Shown here: positions 55,936 through 64,000 of the stretch, in pieces | How positions within the stretch are numbered: position 1 is the first letter of the stretch | Layout: each line of letters begins with the position of its first letter | NCBI GenBank assembly: GCA_964016885.1 | Contig: OZ024751.1 | Location: forward strand, 43,648,001-43,712,000 | Direction of reading: 5' to 3' | From: Eledone cirrhosa | Taxonomy: Eukaryota | DNA length: 64,000 nucleotides | The notes under the pieces: generated by a model | Database searches by the model: none | Told to the model about the DNA's origin: nothing | The model's input: only the letters and a program-made list of their open reading frames with translations | Program-made: the position numbers and the translations under genes

Positions 55936-56612
55936 ACTGTAAAGTGGTTATGTAGGTATCATAGCCAAAGGTACCCAGTCCACACTGTAAAGTGGTCATG
56001 TAGGTATCACAGCCAAAGGTACCCAGTCCACACTGTAAAGTGGTCATGTAGGTATCACAGCCAAAAGTACCCAGTCCACACTGTAAAGTGGTCATGTAGG
56101 TATCACAGCCAAAAGTACCCAGTCCACACTGTAAAGTGGTCATGTAGGTATCACAGCCAAAAGTACCCAGTCCACACTGTAAAGTGGTCATGTATGTATC
56201 ACAGCCAAAGGTACCCAGTCCACACTGTAAAGTGGTCATGTAGGTATCACAGCCAAAGGTACCCAGTCCACACTGTAAAGTGGTCATGTAGGTATCACGG
56301 CCAAAGGTACCCAGTCCACACTGTAAAGTGGTTATGTAGGTATCACAGCCAAAGGTACCCAGTCCACACTGTAAAGTGGTCATGTAGGTATCACAGCCAA
56401 AGGTACCCAGTCCACACTGTAAAGTGGTCATGTAGGTATCACAGCCAAAAGTACCCAGTCCACACTGTAAAGTGGTCATGCAGGTGTCACGGCCAAAAGT
56501 TCCCATCACTGACTGTAAATGAGGTTGGTGCTAGGGAGGGCATCCAGCTGTAGAAACCAAGCTAAAATCGGTTCTGCTAGCGTGGAAAATGGACATTAAA
56601 CAATGATGATGA
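55936..56612 (+). mobile_element. 5'-truncated SINE whose 48-bp internal module is expanded to 12 tandem copies
   Basis: Unit actgtaaagtggtcatgtaggtatcacagccaaaggtacccagtccac x12 (55936-56511) runs directly into actgtaaatgaggttggtgctagggagggcatccagctgtagaaa...(TGA)n. Confidence 0.92.
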
Positions 56613-57077
56613 TATATTTGGATCCTTATCAATGCTGGCATGGTTTTGATAGGACTTTTGGGGCAGTGTTTTATCATCATTGACTGCCCTTTGTGATGCT
56701 AATCCCTTTAATTCCTTGGATATACACACATACACACACATATGTGTGTGTTCAGATGGATGTGTAATCTATGAATGTGTGTTTGTGTTCAATATATATA
56801 TATATAACCCATGCAAGCGTGGAAAATGGACATTAAACGATGATGATGATATATGTATATGTATGTATTTGTGTATATATATATATACATACATACGCAC
56901 ACATCTGTTCAAATCTATGTTTATATGGAAGTGTTTATTTTTGTGTTATTGATTTAAGACAGCAATCCATATTGATTTCTTGTTATGCCGCTCTACCAAT
57001 AATTTCCTCGCTTCTCCGACATCCCCTCCCCTGGAACCGGTGCAATATATAATTAGTTTCACAGTTTTCCCACCTAG

Positions 57078-57562
57078 ATGGCTGTTGTTGTTGATGGTGT
57101 TGTTGTTGTTGTTGTTGTTGTTGATGGTGTTGTTGTTGATATTGCTGCCGTTGCTGATGGTTATGTTCTTGTTGATGCTGTTATTGGTGTTGTTTGTGTT
57201 GCTGATGGTTATGTTGTTGTTGGTGTTGATGCTGTTGTTTGTGTTGCTGATGGTTATGTTGTTGGTGTTGTTGTTGTTGCTGTTGTTATTGTTGTTCGTG
57301 TTGCTGATGGTTATGTTGTTGGTGTTGTTGATGTTGATGTTGATGCTGTTGTTATTGGTGTTGTTCGTGTTGCTGATGGTTATGTTGTTGTTGGTGTTGA
57401 TGTTGATGCTGTTGTTATTGGTGTTGTTCGTGCTGCTGATGGTTATGTTGTTGTTGTTGATGCTGTTGTTATTGGTGTTGTTTGTGTTGCTAATGGTTAT
57501 GTTGTTGTTGGTATTGATTATTATTATGTTGTTGTTGTTGTTAGTGCTGCTGTTGTTATGTT
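57078..57562. repeat. (GTT/GAT/GCT)n degenerate trinucleotide repeat with higher-order units
   Basis: gtgttgctgatggttatgttgttg recurs. Confidence 0.9.
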
Positions 57563-57719
57563 TTTGAGGTTGTTTGTGCTGCCATTTTTGTTGTTAAGGT
57601 GTTGGTTGTTCTTGGTCTATTGAATTAATAGGACACTATGTTATAAATAAAGTCTTTGTTGTTGTACTTAGCTTATTATACTAGAGGTACCCCCAAGACT
57701 AAATAGTACCAGCTCCTTC

Positions 57720-57850
57720 AATGGGCTTCCACACAGTCTCTCACTACTAAATTTCATTCACATTCAAGGTTATGTGAAATAAAACACTTACAAAAAGTGC
57801 CACGCAGTGTGATCGAACACCAAAGGGTATAGTTGTGAGTCAACCACACC
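57720..57850 (-). mobile_element. Degraded tRNA-SINE head adjacent to the 37-bp array
   Basis: - strand contains B-box-like gtgttcgatcacactgcgtggcact...gtaagtgtt. Confidence 0.5.
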
Positions 57851-57851
57851 A

Positions 57852-60324
57852 TGACATTGTCATGGGAATGAGGTCTCCCCTCATTGTTTGACATTGTCAT
57901 AGGAATGAGGTCTCCCCTCATTGTTTGACATTGTCATAGGAATGAGGTCTCCCCTCATTGTTTGACATTGTCATAGGAATGAGGTCTTCCCTCATTGTTT
58001 GACATAGTCATAGGAATGAGGTCTTCCCTCATTGTTTGACATTGTCATAGGAATGAGGTCTTCCCTCATTGTTTGACATTGTCATAGGAATGAGGTCTCC
58101 CCTCATTGTTTGACATTGTCATAGGAATGAGGTCTTCCCTCATTGTTTGACATTGTCATAGGAATGAGGTCTTCCCTCATTGTTTGACATAGTCATAGGA
58201 ATGAGGTCTCCACTCATTGTTTGACATTGTCATAGGAATGAGGTCTCCCCTCATTGTTTGACATTGTCATAGGAATGAGGTCTCCCCTCATTGTTTGACA
58301 TTGTCATAGGAATGAGGTCTCCCCTCATTGTTTGACATTGTCATAGGAATGAGGTCTCCCCTCATTGTTTGACATTGTCATAGGAATGAGGTCTTCCCTC
58401 ATTGTTTGACATAGTCATAGGAATGAGGTCTCCCCTCATTGTTTGACATTGTCATAGGAATGAGGTCTCCCCTCATTGTTTGACATTGTCATAGGAATGA
58501 GGTCTCCCCTCATTGTTTGACATTGTCATAGGAATGAGGTCTCCCCTCATTGTTTGACATTGTCATAGGAATGAAGTCACCCCTCATTGTTTGACATAGT
58601 CATAGGAATGAGGTCTCCCCTCATTGTTTGACATTGTCACAGGAATGAGGTCTCCCCTCATTGTTTGACATTGTCATAGGAATGAGGTCTCCCCTCATTG
58701 TTTGACATTGTCATAGGAATGAGGTCACCCCTCATTGTTTGACATAGTCATAGGAATGAGGTCTCCCCTCATTGTTTGACATTGTCATAGGAATGAGGTC
58801 TCCCCTCATTGTTTGACATTGTCATAGGAATGAGGTCTCCCCTCATTGTTTGACATTGTCATAGGAATGAGGTGTCCCCTCATTGTTTGACATTGTCATA
58901 GGAATGAGGTCTCCCCTCATTGTTTGACATTGTCATAGGAATGAGGTCTCCCCTCATTGTTTGACATAGTCATAGGAATGAGGTCTCCCCTCATTGTTTG
59001 ACATTGTCATAGGAATGAGGTCTCCCCTCATTGTTTGACATTGTCATAGGAATGAGGTCTCCCCTCATTGTTTGACATTGTCATAGGAATGAGGTCTCCC
59101 CTCATTGTTTGACATTGTCATAGGAATGAGGTCTCCCCTCATTGTTTGACATTGTCATAGGAATGAGGTCTCCCCTCATTGTTTGACATAGTCATAGGAA
59201 TGAGGTCTCCCCTCATTGTTTGACATTGTCATAGGAATGAGGTCTCCCCTCATTGTTTGACATTGTCATAGGAATGAGGCCTCCCCTCATTGTTTGACAT
59301 TGTCATGGGAATGAGGTCTCCCCTCATTGTTTGACATTGTCATGGGAATGAGGTCTCCCCTCATTGTTTGACATTGTCATGGGAATGAGGTCTCCCCTCA
59401 TTGTTTGACATTGTCATGGGAATGAGGTCTCCCCTCATTGTTTGACATTGTCATGGGAATGAGGTCTCCCCTCATTGTTTGACATTGTCATGGGAATGAG
59501 GTCTCCCCTCATTGTTTGACATAGTCATAGGAATGAGGTCTCCCCTCAGTGTTTGACATTGTCATAGGAATGAGGTCTCCCCTCATTGTTTGACATAGTC
59601 ATAGGAATGAGGTCTCCCCACATTGTTTGACATTGTCATAGGAATGAGGTCTCCCCTCATTGTTTGACATTGTCATAGGAATGAGGTCTCCACTCATTGT
59701 TTGACATTGTCATAGGAATGAGGTCTCCCCTCATTGTTTGACATTGTCATAGTAATGAGGTCTCCCCTCATTGTTTGACATTGTCATAGGAATGAGGTCT
59801 CCCCTCATTGTTTGACATTGTCATAGGAATGAGGTCTCCCCTCATTGTTTGACATTGTCATAGGAATGAGGTCTCCCCTCATTGTTTGACATAGTCATAG
59901 GAATGAGGTCTCCCCTCATTGTTTGACATTGTGATAGGAATGAGGTCTCCCCTCATTGTTTGACATTGTCATAGGAATGAGGTCTCCACTCATTGTTTGA
60001 CATTGTCATAGGAATGAGGTCTCCCCTCATTGTTTGACATTGTCATAGGAATGAGGTCTCCCCTCATTGTTTGACATTGTCATAGGTAGAGGTCTCCCCT
60101 CATTGTTTGACAGTCATAGGTAGAGGTCTCCCCTCATTTGACATTGTCATAGGTAGAGGTCTCCCCTCATTGTTTGACATTGTCATAGGAATGAGGTCTC
60201 CCCTCATTGTTTGACATTGTCATAAGAATGAGGTCTCCACTCATTGTTTGACATTGTCATAGGAATGAGGTCTCCCCTCATTGTTTGACATTGTCATATG
60301 AATGAGGTCTCCCCTCATTGTCAT
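57852..60324. repeat. 37-bp minisatellite GACATTGTCATAGGAATGAGGTCTCCCCTCATTGTTT, ~67 copies
   Basis: Direct inspection. The unit holds two internal inverted repeats. Confidence 0.98.
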
Positions 60325-60747
60325 AATTTCATTTTGTTCAATTGAGGTCATTTCTGAGCTGTTTCTACAAAATTTATTATTATCCATGTCTGGTTTATGT
60401 ATGGTTGTTAAACATTACTTACACACACACACTCACACATTTGTATGAGTGTGCAAATGTATTGCTTGTTGTGTATGAACTAATGTATTATTCTTGTTAG
60501 CCTTCTACCGAATGTTGCCCCACCCAAAATACCTGCCGCTTAAATAAGTATATGTTTTCATATCCTTTAAATAGCATATTGCTGTTTTCAGCTGGTGTTG
60601 TGGTGAAGTGAGGTGAGGTGAAGTGTGGTGAGGTGTGGTAGTTACGTCACCTTAAAGATTTAGCTTAGATAGAAGAAATTCAAGAGTTGAATAAAAGAGA
60701 TAAAAGAGATAAATCACGCAAAGAATAATAGTAAGGAAGGGAGAAAG

Positions 60748-60798
<51 letters not shown>

Positions 60799-60809
60799 TT
60801 ATTATTAGA

Positions 60810-61199
60810 GAAGGCGCATGGCTTAGTGGTTAGAGCATTGGGCTTGCAATCGGAAGGTTGTGAGTTCAATATTTATAGACCGGGTGATGTGTTGTTTCCT
60901 TGAGCAAGACACTTTATTTCACATTGCTCTAGTTTACTCAGTTGTAGAAATGAGATGATAGGACTGGGGTCCCTATCATTCCACTACAAAGTGGTCGTGG
61001 AGGTGCCACGGAAAAAAGCACCCAGCACTCACTGTAAATGAGGTTGGTGTTAGGAAGGCCATCCAACTGTAGAAATCAAGCCAGAATCAGTTCCTGTATA
61101 AGCAAGACAAGGTCATCCGACCGAACACTGCCCACAACAGAACAACCCGTCTAACCCATGCTAGCGTGGAAGAATGGACGTAAAACGGTGATGATAATG
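60810..61199 (+). mobile_element. tRNA-derived SINE (subfamily A) with alternative RTE-type tail
   Basis: ggcgcatggcttagtggttagagc, gttcaat, same body as 46683. Tail aacccatgctagcgtggaagaatggacgtaaaac(g)gtgatgat. Confidence 0.9.
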
Positions 61200-61651
<452 letters not shown>

Positions 61652-61976
61652 CACACACAATCATATATGTGTGTGTATATACATTAGTAGAGTGTAAACA
61701 TCAAGTTTAATATAGAAATGGCCTCCACAGAACGTGAACTGTTTCATTCAAAAGAAATCATCTGATTTATGGGCCCCATGACAACTTAATTATATTCATC
61801 ATGGGGTAATATTTTTAGGCAATGTTTTATAGTCAGATGCCCTTCCTGTTAGTCACTTTTTTTTGTTGCATCTTACAACACAACACAGGGATGTGATGTA
61901 CGTATGCTAAACCAGGCTGTCTTCTTGTTGACAATGTTTTTAGCTGCTTGCAAAGTCTATACACACACATACACAT

Positions 61977-62039
<63 letters not shown>

Positions 62040-62349
62040 TGTGTTTGCATGAGATATTTTATCTAGATTGTCAAAAATTAACCAGCTGTGACCGGACTGA
62101 TTTTTATCTTTTCTTGTTGTTACTGTGCATTCTCATCTCATTGTCATGTGATCTAACCAGTGTCATGTGATCTAACCAGTGTTATGTGTGTGTGTGTGTT
62201 TGTTTGATCATCATCATCATCATCACTGTTTAATATCCACTTTTGCACATGTTTAACATTTCAGAACCTTTAAAAGACATCCTCCTCCTTCTTACTCCCA
62301 CACTTCATTCAACTGTGACATGACAGTTACTGCTTTCACCAGCCCCTTG

Positions 62350-62563
62350 CAAAGTTAACAGTAGGCCCAGGCTAGATCTTAATGTTGACCCTGCCACCTC
62401 CTATTAAAGCTGATACTAAGCCTAGACCAGATCTAAAATGTAGACCTACAGTCACTCACCATCACCAAAAGCTGGTAATTTGCCTGGGCCAGATGTAAAA
62501 TCTGGACTACCCTCTCCTCCCTAAAGCTAGTAATAGAACCAGGCCCAATGTAAAATGTCAACC
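62350..62563. repeat. Old degenerate tandem repeat, ~56-62 bp x4
   Basis: aaagct..ta....gcc..g.ccagat.taaaat...gac recurs. Confidence 0.55.
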
Positions 62564-62569
62564 ATTAAT

Positions 62570-63022
62570 ACACTGGAGTTGATTTAATTGACTATCCCCT
62601 CCCCCTTCAAATTACTGGCCTTGTGCCTCAATCAGAAGCCATTATTAACACAGTGTATTGATTGTAATCAGTAGAGCATTGGTCAACATACTTCGCGGCA
62701 TATAGCTACTTTTGTTTACATTCTGAGTTTGAATCCCACCAAGGTGAGCTTTGCCTTTCATCCTTTCTGGGTAGATAAAATAAAATACCAGTAACACACT
62801 GGGGTTGATTTTATCAGCTTTCCTCTGCCCTTCAAATTGCTGGCCTTGTACGAAATGTAGAAACCATGGCCCTTTACGGTCTGAGTTCAAATCCCGCCGA
62901 GGTTAACTTTGCCTTTCATCTTTGTGTGGTCAATAAAAGAAAGTACCAGTAATGCACTGGGGTCGATTTAATCGACTTTTCCTTCTCCCCAAATTGCTGG
63001 CCTTGTGCCTATAGTAGAAATC
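62570..63022 (+). mobile_element. Cluster of three partial family B SINEs in tandem
   Basis: ctgagtt..aatccc.cc.aggt...tttgcctttcatc...taccagtaa..cactgggt.gattt...aaattgctggccttgt is repeated. Confidence 0.8.
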
Positions 63023-63551
63023 ATTATTATTATTATTATTATTATTATTAAGGTGATTATGAGGATGAGAATGGTGCGAGTGGTGTGAAACTCAACATAC
63101 CAATGCAAATAAAACTGTGTGCATTGTCAAAACATTAGACATGTGCAGCTGCTTCATATTAATGGATGTAATGCCGTGTGTGCAGCTGTTGAACTTTAGC
63201 AGCAATGCTACTTAGCACTTGCAGCTGTTGCACATTACCATCAGCAGCAGCATTTAATGTCTGTTGACTTGGGAAACATTGTATTAGGAAAAAATGACAC
63301 TGGAGAGGATCAATTCCTTCCAGATGTTTCTCACCAATTTTTCCCCTCCCCAGGAATACTTTACCTAATTTTCTCAATTATTATTTATAGTAATTAACTA
63401 TTATTATGGTCATTTTCGTCAGGATGTCCACATTTCATATATATATATATCTATATATATATATATATGGGAATCAATCGACTTTTTTGTCAACTTGGAC
63501 TGAGGAAACAATGTTCCATTGGTCTTTCCAATTGCTAATACTATCTATCAG

Positions 63552-63670
63552 TGGCAGCGTGAAATAAAGTGTCTTGTTCAAGGACATAACGCATCGCCCG
63601 GTCCAGGAATCGAACTGAAAATCTCACAATTGCGAATCCAGTTCTCTAACCAATCAGCCATGCGCCTTCA
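63552..63670 (-). mobile_element. tRNA-derived SINE head (family A-related)
   Basis: - strand gaaggcgcatggctgattggttagag...gttcgattcctggaccgggcgatgcg...ccttgaacaagacactttatttcacg. Confidence 0.85.
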
Positions 63671-63678
63671 CACACACG

Positions 63679-63741
<63 letters not shown>

Positions 63742-63782
63742 AATGTTATCTCCCCCATGCGCCTCAAGAGATCTCACATTAT

Positions 63783-63927
63783 CCCAGTGCATTACTGGTA
63801 CTTTATTTTAGCGACCCTTGTAAGAATGAAAGGCAAAACTAACCTCACCGGTATTTGAAACTCAGAATGTAAAGAACCTAACTCTATGCTGCAAAGCATG
63901 TTGTCCAACAACATACTGACACTGCCC
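63783..63927 (-). mobile_element. SINE family B (5' half)
   Basis: cccagtgcattactggtacttt...gaatgaaaggcaaaactaacctcaccggtatttgaaactcagaa. Confidence 0.75.
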
Positions 63928-64000
63928 TGATGATGATGATGATGATGTGGAATTTTCTGATATGTCATCAATTTAATTAATTTTCTCTATTTTTTAAATT

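Noticed and set aside
55787-56553. 240-aa and 119-aa repeat ORFs
   Set aside because: Translation of the 48-bp SINE module array.
57852-60324. CRISPR-like 37-bp hairpin repeat
   Set aside because: Units are contiguous with no unique spacers, there are no cas genes, and the context is eukaryotic.
60812-60885. tRNA gene (GCA anticodon-like loop)
   Set aside because: No complete acceptor/T stem, and it continues into the SINE body. It is a SINE head.

Overview
Repeat-saturated, AT-rich animal genomic DNA. The SINE/RTE/microsatellite repertoire resembles octopus (coleoid cephalopod) sequence; this is inferred, not proven. No confident protein-coding gene: the long ORFs are translations of tandem repeats, and only two weak + strand exon candidates were seen. 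A ~26-kb array of a 48-bp unit (15.36-41.35 kb, ~540 units) with nested higher-order duplications dominates the window. Its unit matches an internal module of the local tRNA-derived SINEs, and the same module has independently expanded to 12 copies inside a SINE at 55.9-56.6 kb. Also present: other minisatellites (~71-bp, 22-bp and a double-hairpin 37-bp unit), an RTE LINE 3' end sharing its tail with the SINEs, TTAA-flanked MITE fragments, several long fold-back palindromes at (TA)n or (TGA)n runs carrying partial hammerhead-ribozyme motifs (Penelope-like remnants), and short near-identical segments apparently copied locally into (TA)n tracts.
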